NCBI GenBank assembly: GCA_963707125.1
Contig: CAVPOU010000002.1
Location: 21,806-85,805 of the forward strand
Direction: 5' to 3'
Length of the DNA stretch: 64,000 nt
Source: an uncultured delta proteobacterium
GTDB taxonomy: Bacteria > Desulfobacterota > DSM-4660 > Desulfatiglandales > HGW-15
Below the pieces are notes generated by a model. That model was not told where the DNA came from and did no database searches. It worked only from the letters and a program-made list of their open reading frames with translations. This document shows, piece after piece, positions 11,790 through 23,528 of the stretch (position 1 is the first letter of the stretch; every line of letters starts with the position of its first letter). Made by a program: the position numbers and the translations under genes.

Positions 11790-12893
11790 TTACTGGAACA
11801 TAAATCGTCTCATACTGATGTTCATCAGGAGCCCCATGCCGACCATGGTGGAGAGAATCGATGACCCTCCATAGCTGAAGAGCACCAGGGGAATTCCCAC
11901 TACCGGCAGCAATCCCGTGGTCATGCCCACGTTGATGACCGTTTGCCAGAAAACAATCGCCACAACCCCTAGGGCGATAAGGGTCCCAAACTTGTCTTTC
12001 GAATTGAGAGCAATATGGATTCCCCACAAAATCATAAAAAGGTAAAGCAGCAGCAAGCACACGGCGCCCACAAACCCCCACTCCTCCGCAAGAACGGAAA
12101 AAGCAAAGTCCGTGTGCTGCTCCGGCAGGAAATGCAGCCTCGTCTGGGTCCCGTTCAGGAATCCTTTACCCCAGGCCAATCCGGATCCGATGGCGATCTT
12201 GGACTGGTTGATATGGTATCCTGCTCCGAGCGGATCCATTTCCGGGCTGAGAAAGGTCAGGATCCGCCGCTGCTGGTACTCCTTGAGGTGAATCCAGAGA
12301 AAAGGCGCGGCGCACAGACCGGAGAGGGTGAGGACCAGAAGGGATCGCCATTTCATCCTGACAAAAAGAAGAATGGAAAAAGAAACGCCGAGGACCAGAA
12401 GGGCCGTGCCCAGATCCGGTTCTTTCACGATCAGCAGGGCCGGGACGGCGATGAGGAGGGAAGGCTGCCACAAATCCCGGAGTCCGAATTCATTGATGTG
12501 GCTCCGGTCATTGAAAAACTTGGCCAGGCTGATGATGAGCGTGATCTTGACCAGCTCGGAGGGCTGAAAGGAAAAGCCGCCGAAACCCAGCCACCTCTGG
12601 GATCCGGATCGAACGTCCCCGATGAAGGCGACGAGCAGGAGAAGGCCCAGGGAAAAGAAATAAGCAGGATAGGCTAACCGCTCCAGCCCGTGATAATCGA
12701 AGGTGGTCATGAGGAGCATGACCCCGATCCCCAGGAGAAACCAGTAGCTCTGTTTCAAGAAGATCTGGGACCCGCCCGAACCTTTCATCGGGTAGGTGGC
12801 GCTGTAGAGATTGAGCACGCTCAGCATGCCGATGACGATGAGCAGGAGGAGCAGCACCCAGTCGAAATGTTGAAGCAGTCTTCGATCAAACAT
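11790..12893 (-). CDS. rodA: Rod shape-determining SEDS glycosyltransferase RodA
   Basis: QPSELVK, FLPEQHTDF and SYGGSS motifs. Confidence 0.97.
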   Translation of the reverse strand: MFDRRLLQHFDWVLLLLLIVIGMLSVLNLYSATYPMKGSGGSQIFLKQSYWFLLGIGVMLLMTTFDYHGLERLAYPAYFFSLGLLLLVAFIGDVRSGSQRWLGFGGFSFQPSELVKITLIISLAKFFNDRSHINEFGLRDLWQPSLLIAVPALLIVKEPDLGTALLVLGVSFSILLFVRMKWRSLLVLTLSGLCAAPFLWIHLKEYQQRRILTFLSPEMDPLGAGYHINQSKIAIGSGLAWGKGFLNGTQTRLHFLPEQHTDFAFSVLAEEWGFVGAVCLLLLYLFMILWGIHIALNSKDKFGTLIALGVVAIVFWQTVINVGMTTGLLPVVGIPLVLFSYGGSSILSTMVGMGLLMNISMRRFMFQ

Positions 12894-12911
12894 GGTCTTT
12901 CTTCCTAATCT

Positions 12912-14738
12912 TCATGGTCCTTTTCCGTAAAAGGTCTCGAACATTTCTTTTGCCATAGGCGCTGCCGCACTTCCGCCGTGCCCTCCGTTTTCCACGATCA
13001 CCGCCACAGCGATTTCCGGCTTGTCCGCGGATGCGATCGCAACGAACCAGGCATGATCGTTCAAATCCGGAGGCGGTTCTTCCCCTCGCTGGACTGGTTT
13101 TTCCTTGCCCATCGCGACCACCTGGGCCGTCCCTGTCTTGCCGGCCACAATGGCTCCGGTCTTGATTCTTGATCTGGAGCCGGTGCCACCGGGCTCGTTC
13201 ACCGCCCCGATCAGCGCACTCCGGATCAGAGCAAGGTTTTGTTCTTTCACCTTGAGCCGGCCGCTCGCTTCCGGTGTGAACTGATAAACCTGCTTGTCAT
13301 CTTTTCCCACCCACTTCACGACCTTGGGCTGATACAAAATCCCTCCGTTAAAGAAGGCGGAGATAAGCCTGGCCATCTGCAGAGGAGTGACCAGCACGAA
13401 GCTCTGGCCAATGGAAATGGAAATGGTTTCCCCCGGCTGCCAGGGAACCCCGAATCGCTTGAGCTTCCATTCACTGCTCGGAATCAGGCCTTCCCTTTCA
13501 GAACCCAGCTCATAGCCGGAAACCGTTCCCAACCCGCACATCCTCGCATAGTGGTGGATTTTGTCCACGCCCAGTCGTTTTCCCAATTTGTAAAAATACA
13601 CGTCACAGGACTCCACGATGGCTCTATGCAACGCCACCCGACCGTGTCCCTGCTTGCGCCAGCAACGAAACGTGTGCTCGCCGAAAGGGAATTTCCCGTC
13701 GCAGAAGGCCTCTTCGCGAGGATCAAGGCCTTCCTCCAGCCCTGCCAGGGCCATCACCATCTTAAACGTGGACCCAGGCGGGTATTGTCCTGCGACCGCC
13801 CTGTTTTGAAGGGGATGCTCTTTGCTCGTAACGAGCTTCGCCCATTCGGCTCTGTTCAGCCCTTCCAGGAAGAGGTTGGGGTCATAGGCAGGATTGCTCG
13901 CCATGGCAAGGATCTCCCCGGTCATGGGGTGGAGCGCGACAATCGCCCCTTTCTTGTCCTTCAGGCATTTCTCGGCCGCCATCTGCAGTTTCTTGTCTAT
14001 GGTCAGACCAAGGTTCTGCCCGGCAATAGGCGGCCTTCTCGAAATGACGGTCAGCCTGCGTCCCGCCGCGTCCACCTCCACCTGTTCACCGCCCCGGATC
14101 CCATTCAGGTTTTTCTGCCAGACCCGTTCCACCCCGGCCTGTCCGATGAGATCCCCCTGCTTGTTATCGGGATAGTTGCCGCTTGTCAGTTGCGGTTCGC
14201 TGATCTCGCCGAGATACCCGATGAGATGGGAACCCAGCTCCTTGTGGAGATAGTATCTCTGCGGTTTGATCTGGATCATCACGCCGGGCAGGTTGAAGAG
14301 ATGGGCTTCCACGATGGCCAGTTCCTCCCGGGAGAGGTTCTTCTTGATCAACACCGGTCTGAAGCCGTATTTCTGAGCTTCCTTCCCCAGCTTTTCTTCA
14401 AGGTAGTTGGGCTCCATGCCGATCAGGGAGTGGAAGCTCCTGATGAGCTCATCACGATCGTGGATTTCCTCAGGGATGACATAGGCGTCAAACGAGGGGC
14501 GGTTGTCGACAAGGAGCTCTCCGTTGCGATCGAAAACCATTCCCCGGAAAGGCGCCACGTCCTGGAGGCGGATCCGGTTGTTCTCGGACTGGACCCGGTA
14601 GGACGGGCCTTGAATGATCTGGAGAAACCACAGTCTCAACAAGAGCACGGCAAAAACAACGGCCACGAGGAAAGGGAGTTTGCTCAGCCGCTTTCGTAAA
14701 ACCTCTACCGATGCCTGTTCAAAAGCTTGGTTTCTCAA
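12912..14738 (-). CDS. mrdA: Penicillin-binding protein 2
   Basis: STFK, SCD and KTGTAQ transpeptidase motifs; TTG start uncertain. Confidence 0.96.
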   Translation of the reverse strand: MRNQAFEQASVEVLRKRLSKLPFLVAVVFAVLLLRLWFLQIIQGPSYRVQSENNRIRLQDVAPFRGMVFDRNGELLVDNRPSFDAYVIPEEIHDRDELIRSFHSLIGMEPNYLEEKLGKEAQKYGFRPVLIKKNLSREELAIVEAHLFNLPGVMIQIKPQRYYLHKELGSHLIGYLGEISEPQLTSGNYPDNKQGDLIGQAGVERVWQKNLNGIRGGEQVEVDAAGRRLTVISRRPPIAGQNLGLTIDKKLQMAAEKCLKDKKGAIVALHPMTGEILAMASNPAYDPNLFLEGLNRAEWAKLVTSKEHPLQNRAVAGQYPPGSTFKMVMALAGLEEGLDPREEAFCDGKFPFGEHTFRCWRKQGHGRVALHRAIVESCDVYFYKLGKRLGVDKIHHYARMCGLGTVSGYELGSEREGLIPSSEWKLKRFGVPWQPGETISISIGQSFVLVTPLQMARLISAFFNGGILYQPKVVKWVGKDDKQVYQFTPEASGRLKVKEQNLALIRSALIGAVNEPGGTGSRSRIKTGAIVAGKTGTAQVVAMGKEKPVQRGEEPPPDLNDHAWFVAIASADKPEIAVAVIVENGGHGGSAAAPMAKEMFETFYGKGP

Positions 14739-14792
14739 AGGGACGGGGCCTCTCTCAATGAAAATGAAACCGGAGGGACGCGTTTCATCACG

Positions 14793-15284
14793 TTACGCAG
14801 CCTCCTTGGTTTCTCCTGCCGTTGTGCCCTGCAGGACCTTAAGGATATAAAAAATTAAAGGCGCAATCAAGCCCGTGAAGAAAGCCGAGGCTCCGAACCA
14901 GAAAAAAAGCGAGGCCGAAAGAACCACTTCAAAAGCAAACGCATCCAGAAGGCCGACCAAAAAAAGCTCCTTGAAAAAGACGACGAGGCCCACCAGGATG
15001 AACTGCCCCTGGGCGGAGCGCAGATCAAAGAATCGCGCTCCGAGCTCCAGGCACAGAAAGCTGATGACATAGAGGAGAGCAAAGAGCCCCAGGAACCCTG
15101 CCGAGAGGAGATCGATGAGCATGCCCTGGCCAAAGGCAAAGATTGCCGCCCCTGCGCTTCCGGAACGCATGAGAAGGGAGGCGGTGATGACGATCACCAG
15201 ATCAACGTCAAAAAAAAGGGGAGCGATTTCATTCACCACACTCCCTTTGAGAAGGATGTAGATCAGGGAGAGAAGCCAGGCCAC
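14793..15284 (-). CDS. mreD: Rod shape-determining protein MreD
   Basis: Hydrophobic multi-TM ORF between mreC and mrdA; in-frame GTG just after the mreC stop chosen as start. Confidence 0.8.
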   Translation of the reverse strand: MAWLLSLIYILLKGSVVNEIAPLFFDVDLVIVITASLLMRSGSAGAAIFAFGQGMLIDLLSAGFLGLFALLYVISFLCLELGARFFDLRSAQGQFILVGLVVFFKELFLVGLLDAFAFEVVLSASLFFWFGASAFFTGLIAPLIFYILKVLQGTTAGETKEAA

Positions 15285-15295
15285 CCCGTGGAGGA

Positions 15296-16141
15296 CTACT
15301 TGGTTCTTTGGGACGGGCTTGATAGAGGATCCTCCTTTAGCAAAACGAGCACTTCTTCCAGTTTCGAAAAATCTGCAGAGGGTTTGACCCTCACATCCTT
15401 GAAGAACTCCCAGGGCGTGTCCGCAATCTCCAGCACCTCCCCCACAGGCAATCCCTTTGGGAAGATCCGGTCCATTCCGGAGGTGACGATTTTGTCTCCT
15501 ACCACAACATCCGCGGCCCTGGAAACGTAATGGAGTCTGCACAACTGGGAAGGCAGTCCCTTCAGGATGCCCTTCTCCCGAGAGCGCTGGATGAGGCAGT
15601 CCACGGCGCTGTTCTGGTCGATGATCAGCAGAACTTTGGCGTAATTCGGAGAAACCGCCACCAGCCGGCCGATCACACCCCGGGCATCCACCACGGGCAT
15701 GTTGAGCCTCAGCCCGGCATGGGCGCCCTTGTCAATGAGAATGGATTCGAACCACCCGGTGGGATCTCTGCCGATGACCTGTGCGGCCACCACGGGTGAG
15801 CGAATGCTCTCCTTGAACTGGAGGAGCTCTCGGAGCCGGCCGTGGGTGGAAACCAGCTCACGGTAAAGGTCGTTCTGCATCCGGAGATCGTCGGTTTCTC
15901 TTTTGAGGCGGGTATTTTCTTCCCGCAGGTCCACGAAGCTGAAGTATTTAAGCCACGCCCTTTCCACGGTCTCCGAAGACTTCCTGATGAACTTCTGCAG
16001 GGGGGCGGTGATTTCAATAACCACCTGCTCCACAGGAGTCCATGATCGCTGCTTGCCCACGTTGAAGGAGATGAGAACAAGAGCGACGAAGACGAAAACG
16101 ACCCATACCCAGTACGTTCTGATTCGTCTTAAAGGATGCAT
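15296..16141 (-). CDS. mreC: Rod shape-determining protein MreC
   Basis: TM, coiled coil, IVTSGMDRIFPKGLPVG. Confidence 0.96.
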   Translation of the reverse strand: MHPLRRIRTYWVWVVFVFVALVLISFNVGKQRSWTPVEQVVIEITAPLQKFIRKSSETVERAWLKYFSFVDLREENTRLKRETDDLRMQNDLYRELVSTHGRLRELLQFKESIRSPVVAAQVIGRDPTGWFESILIDKGAHAGLRLNMPVVDARGVIGRLVAVSPNYAKVLLIIDQNSAVDCLIQRSREKGILKGLPSQLCRLHYVSRAADVVVGDKIVTSGMDRIFPKGLPVGEVLEIADTPWEFFKDVRVKPSADFSKLEEVLVLLKEDPLSSPSQRTK

Positions 16142-16199
16142 GGGTATCGACTAGCTCCCACGGAAAACGTCACCGCCCAGAGGAGCGGACTTAGAAGGG

Positions 16200-16326
16200 A
16201 CGAAGTCAGAAATCGGATTTGTTTGGGTCATTTGAATTTGAGACATTGGGTATTGCCCTTCGACGTGGCTCAGGGTGGTGAGCAGGTCGAACCATTTCGT
16301 ATTTCGGATTTCGTGCTTCGGATTTA
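16200..16326. repeat. REP-like/heptamer mosaic repeat between mreB and mreC
   Basis: CCCTTCGACGTGGCTCAGGG core plus ATTTCGK heptamers. Confidence 0.55.
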
Positions 16327-16400
16327 AAGCTCGCCTTTCCAGCGGGCAGTGCCAGTGCGTTTTTGACTCATCCCAAGGACCAAGCTTGCTGATGCAAGCA

Positions 16401-17536
<1,136 letters not shown>

Positions 17537-17564
17537 TCAATCAAAAAACGGATAGAATGACACC

Positions 17565-17699
17565 ATGAAAAGAACGTATCAACCAAGCAATATCCGAAGG
17601 GCGCGGACTCATGGATTCAGGGCAAGAATGAGTACACCCGGGGGTATCAAGGTCCTGAAAAGAAGAAGAGCCAAAGGCCGAAAACGTTTGACCGTGTAA
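17565..17699 (+). CDS. rpmH: 50S ribosomal protein L34
   Basis: Manual translation [44 protein letters not shown]; below the ORF-track length cutoff. Confidence 0.98.
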   Translation: MKRTYQPSNIRRARTHGFRARMSTPGGIKVLKRRRAKGRKRLTV

Positions 17700-17736
17700 C
17701 GGTACCCTAACCTTCTGAAACGAGCTTCGTTATTGA

Positions 17737-18093
17737 ATGCCTGCTTCTGCCTTTTCGAAGACTGAGAGGGTATTGAACCGTAAGGATTTTGTCAATCTAA
17801 ATCGGTTTGGGCAGAGGTTCCGCACGGCACGTTTTACGGTCCTTGTTTCAAGGAACGGGCTGGGCCATTCAAGGCTGGGGATCACGGCCAGCAAGAAGGT
17901 CGGTGGTGCGGTCGTCAGGAACAGGTTAAAGCGGCTCATCCGGGAAGTCTTCAGGCTCCACAAGGGATTTTTCCCTAAAGGCTGCGACACCGTGATATCT
18001 GCAAGAAAGAGCGCCGGCGACCTTGATTTCCGGAAAGTGAGAGAGGAACTCCTTGAGCTTGTCTCAAATTCGACGTTGCATCTACCCTCTTAG
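17737..18093 (+). CDS. rnpA: Ribonuclease P protein component
   Basis: RLGITASKKVGGAVVRNRLKRLIRE. Confidence 0.96.
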   Translation: MPASAFSKTERVLNRKDFVNLNRFGQRFRTARFTVLVSRNGLGHSRLGITASKKVGGAVVRNRLKRLIREVFRLHKGFFPKGCDTVISARKSAGDLDFRKVREELLELVSNSTLHLPS

Positions 18094-18298
18094 GTATATC
18101 CCGATAGGAATGATTGTCGGTTACCAGAAACTCATTTCCCCTTTCCTCTTACCTTCCTGCCGCTTTTACCCGTCGTGCTCGACCTATGCCCGCCTTGCCC
18201 TCAAGGAGTATGGGATTTTAAAGGGAGGCATTATATCCTTGATGAGGATTCTCAGATGCCACCCCTTGCACCCGGGAGGCTATGACCCGCTTCATTAA
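18053..18298 (+). CDS. yidD: Membrane protein insertion efficiency factor YidD
   Basis: CRFYPSCS...RILRCHP...GGYDP; start uncertain. Confidence 0.93.
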   Translation: MSLSQIRRCIYPLRYIPIGMIVGYQKLISPFLLPSCRFYPSCSTYARLALKEYGILKGGIISLMRILRCHPLHPGGYDPLH

Positions 18299-18352
18299 CC
18301 GGGTATGCCTCCGCCGCCTATGAGAAAAATTATCTAGGGTCAGGGAGTATCC

Positions 18353-19999
18353 ATGGAAAAGAAAACTATTCTGGCATTCGTCTTGTCTCTCGCCGTTCTG
18401 ATTGCCTGGTCTGTCCTCTTCGCACCAAAGCCGGCGCAGAAAACAGAACCTTCGACAAAAGAAGAGACGGTCCAGTCTCAACCCGCTCCGACCGCCTCGC
18501 CTCAACCGGCGCCGGCCGTGCAGAAGATGGAAAGGCCTGCGGGCTCCATGGCTTCGACGGCTGAAGAAAAAGAGGTGGTGGTGGAAACCCCCCTCTACAG
18601 AGCCGTCTTTTCAAGCACAGGGGCTTCGATCAAGAGCTTCAAGCTCAAGAAATACCACTTGACGGCCGACCTGGATTCACCCCTGGTGGATCTCGCTCAC
18701 GGCCAGGCTCCCCTGGTGACCATCCAGTTTGATCCTGCCGGAAAGAAAGACATGAACCCCGTGGTCTATCACGTGGACGAGGATTCTCTGACGATGGAGG
18801 CAGGAGCCTCCCCCAGGGAGCTCACCTTTCGCGCCACCACGTCGGATGGGCTCCTGCTCCAGCAGACCTTTCGCATTGATCCGGACCACTACGCCATCGA
18901 GCATGGTTTAACGGTTTCCAATCCCCTCGAAAAACCTGTGGAAGGAATTCTGAAGGCACGGATCGCGAATCTTCCTCCCAAGGAATCGACCAGTTACTAC
19001 TCCTTCATCGGAATCACTCTTCTCCTGAACAACAAGTACGTGGAGATTGCATCCACAGACCTCAAGAATGAGAAAAGCCTGTCCGGCCTGATCGCATGGA
19101 TTTCCTATCAGGAAGATTATTTCATGACCGCCTTTGTTCCTGAGGCGGAGTCTCAAAGCAACTTCCTGGGCCGCACGCTTGCTTCCGGCGTCCTGGAAGG
19201 GACCTGGAGTGCTGCTCTGCAGCCCATTCCTACAGGGAATCAGTTCTCCACCCGCTCGACGTTGTACATGGGACCGCGGGACCTGGACATTCTCAAGGTC
19301 ATCGGGAGAAAGCTGGATCTCGCCATTGATTTCGGCTGGACCGATATTATCGCCAAGCCCCTGCTCTACTTGCTCCGCTTTTTTAACCAGTACACGGGGA
19401 ATTACGGAATCGCCATCATTCTTCTCACTATCCTCATCAAAATCCTTTTCTGGCCCCTGACCCACAAGAGCTACAAGTCCATGAAGGAGATGCAGAAAAT
19501 ACAGCCCCTCATGGCGAAGATCAGGGAGAAGTACAAGGATAACAAAGAGATGATGAACAAGGAAATGATGTCTCTTTACAAAACTTACAAAGTGAACCCC
19601 ATGGGAGGATGCCTTCCCATGGTCATCCAGATCCCTGTTTTCTTTGCCCTGTTCAGGATCTTGGGCAACTCGATCGAACTCAGGCATGCTCCGTTCGTGC
19701 TGTGGATCAATGATCTTTCCGCGCCTGACCGGCTGTTCCACCTGCCCTTTACGATTCCTTACATGACGCCGCCTTCGGGCATTCCGGTGCTGACCCTGCT
19801 CATGGGTGCCTCCATGTTCATTCAGCAAAAAATGACTCCAACGCCCGGTGATCCGATGCAGGCCAAGATCATGCTCCTCATGCCCGTGATTTTTACATTC
19901 ATGTTCATCAACTTCCCCTCTGGCCTCGTACTCTACTGGCTGGTCAATAACGTCCTGTCCATTGGGCAGCAATACCGCATTATCAAGCGAGCTGCTTAG
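18353..19999 (+). CDS. yidC: Membrane protein insertase YidC
   Basis: GNYGIAII, GGCLPMVIQIPVF, PSGLVLYW. Confidence 0.97.
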   Translation: MEKKTILAFVLSLAVLIAWSVLFAPKPAQKTEPSTKEETVQSQPAPTASPQPAPAVQKMERPAGSMASTAEEKEVVVETPLYRAVFSSTGASIKSFKLKKYHLTADLDSPLVDLAHGQAPLVTIQFDPAGKKDMNPVVYHVDEDSLTMEAGASPRELTFRATTSDGLLLQQTFRIDPDHYAIEHGLTVSNPLEKPVEGILKARIANLPPKESTSYYSFIGITLLLNNKYVEIASTDLKNEKSLSGLIAWISYQEDYFMTAFVPEAESQSNFLGRTLASGVLEGTWSAALQPIPTGNQFSTRSTLYMGPRDLDILKVIGRKLDLAIDFGWTDIIAKPLLYLLRFFNQYTGNYGIAIILLTILIKILFWPLTHKSYKSMKEMQKIQPLMAKIREKYKDNKEMMNKEMMSLYKTYKVNPMGGCLPMVIQIPVFFALFRILGNSIELRHAPFVLWINDLSAPDRLFHLPFTIPYMTPPSGIPVLTLLMGASMFIQQKMTPTPGDPMQAKIMLLMPVIFTFMFINFPSGLVLYWLVNNVLSIGQQYRIIKRAA

Positions 20000-20015
20000 C
20001 AACTGGAGGACCATC

Positions 20016-20699
20016 ATGGACACTTATGAATTCGAAGGAAAAACCACTGAAGAAGCGATTCAGAATGCGGCCCGTGAACTCAACCTTCCTGTGGAAGAAC
20101 TCAATATTGATGTCATCGAGCCTGGGTCTGCAGGCATTTTTGGTCTGGTGGGACGCCGAAAGGCCAAGGTCAAAGTCACCCTGAAGACGCCCTCCGAACT
20201 CGAAGAGGAGGAAGAAGCGCCCAGAGAGAGAAAAGAGGAACCGCAAGAAGACGACGTGAATTTCGCCAAACGAACCCTGGAAGAGATTCTTGCCCTCATC
20301 CCGGTGGAAGCAACGATCACCGCAACCCGCGGGGAGGCCAGAATCAACCTGAGGATACAGGGCGATCGTTCCGGCCTCCTCATCGGCCGAAAAGGGAAGA
20401 CGCTCGATGCCCTGCAGTTTCTTGTGAACAAGATGGTCAGCAAAGCTCTGGACAAGAAGATCGACGTGGTGATTGATTCTGAGAACTACCGCCGGAGAAG
20501 AGAAGACTCTCTGACTCAGCTGGCGCTGAAAATGGGCGACAAGGCGAAAAAGATCAAGAAGCCGGTCACCACCAATCCGCTGAATCCGCATGACCGGAGA
20601 CTCATCCATCTGGCTCTGAAGAACGATGAGCACCTGGAAACGAGGAGCCGAGGGGAGGGACTGCTGAAGCGGGTCGTGATTATCCCCAAAGGCAACTGA
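20016..20699 (+). CDS. jag: Jag/EloR RNA-binding protein (KH + R3H)
   Basis: LLIGRKGKTLDALQ and DRRLIH motifs; GGAGG RBS before ATG 20016. Confidence 0.94.
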   Translation: MDTYEFEGKTTEEAIQNAARELNLPVEELNIDVIEPGSAGIFGLVGRRKAKVKVTLKTPSELEEEEEAPRERKEEPQEDDVNFAKRTLEEILALIPVEATITATRGEARINLRIQGDRSGLLIGRKGKTLDALQFLVNKMVSKALDKKIDVVIDSENYRRRREDSLTQLALKMGDKAKKIKKPVTTNPLNPHDRRLIHLALKNDEHLETRSRGEGLLKRVVIIPKGN

Positions 20700-20830
20700 G
20701 GGATTTATCATTTAACCTTTCTCATTGTTCATTGAGCCAAAACCCAATGACTCTCTTTCGATGATCAAGGCTCAATGACCAATGCTCAATGAGCAATGAT
20801 ACACCCTGCACCCTGTACCGGTTTTTCCCT

Positions 20831-22222
20831 ATGTTCCCCAATGCTTCCAACGAAGATACCATTGCTGCCGTTGCCACGCCTGCGGGGCAGGCAGGGATTG
20901 GTATCGTCCGCATGAGCGGCCCTGAAGCCCGAAAAATCGCCGAGAAAATTTTCAGACCCAGGAACCCGGTGGACTCCTTTCAGAGCCACCGGCTTTATTT
21001 AGGCCACCTGATCGATCCGGCTTCCGGAGCGCCGATCGACGAGGTCCTCGTCTCTTTCATGGCAGCGCCCCACACCTACACCCGCGAGGAGGTGGTGGAG
21101 ATCAACTCCCACAGTGGACCCCTTCTCCTGGAGCAGATTCTGAAGGTCCTTCTCGGGGAAGGGGCCCGTCTGGCAAAACCCGGAGAATTCACCTTCCGCT
21201 CCTTCATGAACGGCAGAATGGACCTCACCCAGGCTGAAGCGATCATGGATCTCATCAATGCCCAATCCGAAAGAGGGCTCCAGCTCGCCTCGAACCAGAT
21301 CCATGGCCGGCTTCGTGCTGAAATTGAAAGGCTGAGGCAAAAGGCCGTGGACATCCTGGCTCACATCGAGGTGGCCATTGACTTTCCCGAAGAGGAATTC
21401 AGCCTTTTGCACCGGGAGGAAACCGCCGGCCGCGTGCAAAAAGATCTTCTCGACCCTGTGTCCCGAATCCTCTCCGGGTATGAGGAGAGGAAGCTGTGGA
21501 TGGAGGGCGTCAAAACCGTGATTGTCGGCCGCGTCAATGCCGGGAAGTCAAGCCTCCTGAACCGTCTCCTCAACGAGGAGAAAGCCATGGTCACTCCCAT
21601 CCCCGGCACCACGAGGGATATCATTGAATCCACGATTCACATGGAGGGCATCCCCCTTCATTTGATGGATACCGCCGGATTCAGGAAAGTGAGGGGCAAG
21701 TTGGAGCAGATCGGCATTCATCGAGCAGAGCAGAAAATGAAAGAAGCAGACCTCGTCTTGCTTGTGATCGATCAGAGCCGCCCTCTTCACCCTGAGGACC
21801 TGGACCTCCTTGCCAGAGTTCGAAACAAGAGAGCTGTGGTGGTGCTCAACAAGATCGACCTCCCGGCCAGAGTGAACGGGGAAGCTCTTGAAACCATGGC
21901 CGTTGGGCTCCCTCGAGTGAGGATCTCGGCTTTGAAAGGAGAAGGCATCGAGGAGCTGCGAAAAGCGATCCGAGACGTGATCACCTCCGGGATCGACACC
22001 ACGGATCTCGGTGTCGCCCCGAGCCTGAGGCACAAGGAGGCGCTGGACCGCGCGTCCGGGCACTTCGAAAACACTGTTTCAAATCTCAGAGAGGGCCTGC
22101 CTTTTGAGATCATCGCTGCGGATCTTCAAGAGGGTCTCGAATCCTTGGGCGAGATCATCGGAGAGACAACCAACGAAGAAGTTCTTGACCGGATCTTCAG
22201 CCAGTTCTGCATTGGGAAGTGA
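20831..22222 (+). CDS. mnmE: tRNA modification GTPase MnmE
   Basis: DTIAAVAT, GRVNAGKSS, DTAG, NKID, C-terminal FCIGK. Confidence 0.97.
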   Translation: MFPNASNEDTIAAVATPAGQAGIGIVRMSGPEARKIAEKIFRPRNPVDSFQSHRLYLGHLIDPASGAPIDEVLVSFMAAPHTYTREEVVEINSHSGPLLLEQILKVLLGEGARLAKPGEFTFRSFMNGRMDLTQAEAIMDLINAQSERGLQLASNQIHGRLRAEIERLRQKAVDILAHIEVAIDFPEEEFSLLHREETAGRVQKDLLDPVSRILSGYEERKLWMEGVKTVIVGRVNAGKSSLLNRLLNEEKAMVTPIPGTTRDIIESTIHMEGIPLHLMDTAGFRKVRGKLEQIGIHRAEQKMKEADLVLLVIDQSRPLHPEDLDLLARVRNKRAVVVLNKIDLPARVNGEALETMAVGLPRVRISALKGEGIEELRKAIRDVITSGIDTTDLGVAPSLRHKEALDRASGHFENTVSNLREGLPFEIIAADLQEGLESLGEIIGETTNEEVLDRIFSQFCIGK

Positions 22223-22224
22223 AA

Positions 22225-23508
22225 TCAGCTGGCGAAGTAGTCTTTCACCGTCTTGATAGCGCAGAACTTTCCGCACATGGTGCACACATCTCCTTCGGTG
22301 GGCGGATTTTCTTCCCTCAGTCTGCGCGCCTTCCTGGGGTCGATGGCAAGGGCCATCTGTGCTTCCCAGTCCAGGTTCTTCCTTGCCACGGACATCTTTC
22401 GATCCCTTTCAACGGCCAGGGGATGCCCTCTCGCAATGTCCGCCGCATGGGCCGCAATTCTTGTGACAATGACCCCTTCTCTCACGTCCTCCACAGAGGG
22501 CAGACACAGATGCTCCGCCGGGGTCACGTAGCAGAGGAAATCGGCTCCCGCTTCCCCGGCGACCGCGCCGCCGATCGCGCAGGCAACATGATCGTGGCCT
22601 GCAGCGATGTCCGTGACCAGAGGGCCGAGCACATAAAACGGCGCGTGATGACACAGCTGCTTCTGGATCAACACATTCGCCTTGATTTGACTCAGGGGCA
22701 CATGCCCGGGGCCCTCAATCATCACCTGCACGTCTTTCTGCCACGCCCGCTTGGTCAGGTGCCCCAGGGTCATGAGCTCATGAATCTGGGCCCTGTCTGT
22801 CGCATCCGCCAGGCAACCCGGCCGCAGGCCGTCCCCCAGGCTCAAGGTCACGTCATACTTCTTGGCAATGGAAAGAAGACGATCGAAGCCTTCGTAGAGA
22901 GGATTCTCCCTGTTGTGATGGAGCATCCAGGTAGTGAGAAATGCGCCCCCGCGGCTCACAATGTCCGTCACCCTGCCCTGGCTCTTGAGCATTTCAAGGG
23001 CGGCTCTTGTTAGACCGCAGTGCACGGTGATGAAATCAACGCCGTCCGCAGCCTGCTCTTCGATCACCTCGAAGATCCTGTCAACGCTGAGATGAATCAG
23101 TGCTCCCTGAAGGTTGACCGCCTCCACGACCGCCTGGTAGATCGGGACGGTTCCCACGGGGACCGTCGATCGCTCAATCACCTTTCTTCGGCACAGGGAG
23201 ATGTCGCCTCCGGTGGAAAGATCCATCACGCTGTCTGCGCCCGCTTCAAGAGCCACATCCACTTTGGCCAGCTCATCTTCCAGGACAGCCCTGTCCGCTG
23301 AAGTTCCGATGTTGGCATTGACCTTGATGAACAACCCTTCGCCTATGCCGCAGGGATCAAGCCCCTTGTGGTTTACGTTCGCTGGAATCACCACCCTCCC
23401 CTCGGCGATTTTGTCTCGAAGCCTCAGAGGGTCCACTTGCTCTTTTTCAGCGACCCTCTTCATTTCGGGTGTGACGATCCCTGCCCTTGCCTTTGCTAAC
23501 TGTGTCAT
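22225..23508 (-). CDS. thiC: Phosphomethylpyrimidine synthase ThiC (short form)
   Basis: KVNANIGTS, MIEGPGH, CTMCGKFC; adjacent to thiD. Confidence 0.92.
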   Translation of the reverse strand: MTQLAKARAGIVTPEMKRVAEKEQVDPLRLRDKIAEGRVVIPANVNHKGLDPCGIGEGLFIKVNANIGTSADRAVLEDELAKVDVALEAGADSVMDLSTGGDISLCRRKVIERSTVPVGTVPIYQAVVEAVNLQGALIHLSVDRIFEVIEEQAADGVDFITVHCGLTRAALEMLKSQGRVTDIVSRGGAFLTTWMLHHNRENPLYEGFDRLLSIAKKYDVTLSLGDGLRPGCLADATDRAQIHELMTLGHLTKRAWQKDVQVMIEGPGHVPLSQIKANVLIQKQLCHHAPFYVLGPLVTDIAAGHDHVACAIGGAVAGEAGADFLCYVTPAEHLCLPSVEDVREGVIVTRIAAHAADIARGHPLAVERDRKMSVARKNLDWEAQMALAIDPRKARRLREENPPTEGDVCTMCGKFCAIKTVKDYFAS

Positions 23509-23528
23509 CTGTTCCTCTTCTTAATTCT

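Noticed and set aside
22225-23508. ThiC paralog BzaF/BzaAB
   Set aside because: Operonic with thiD and no cobamide genes nearby, so ThiC is the simpler call; not excluded without an HMM.
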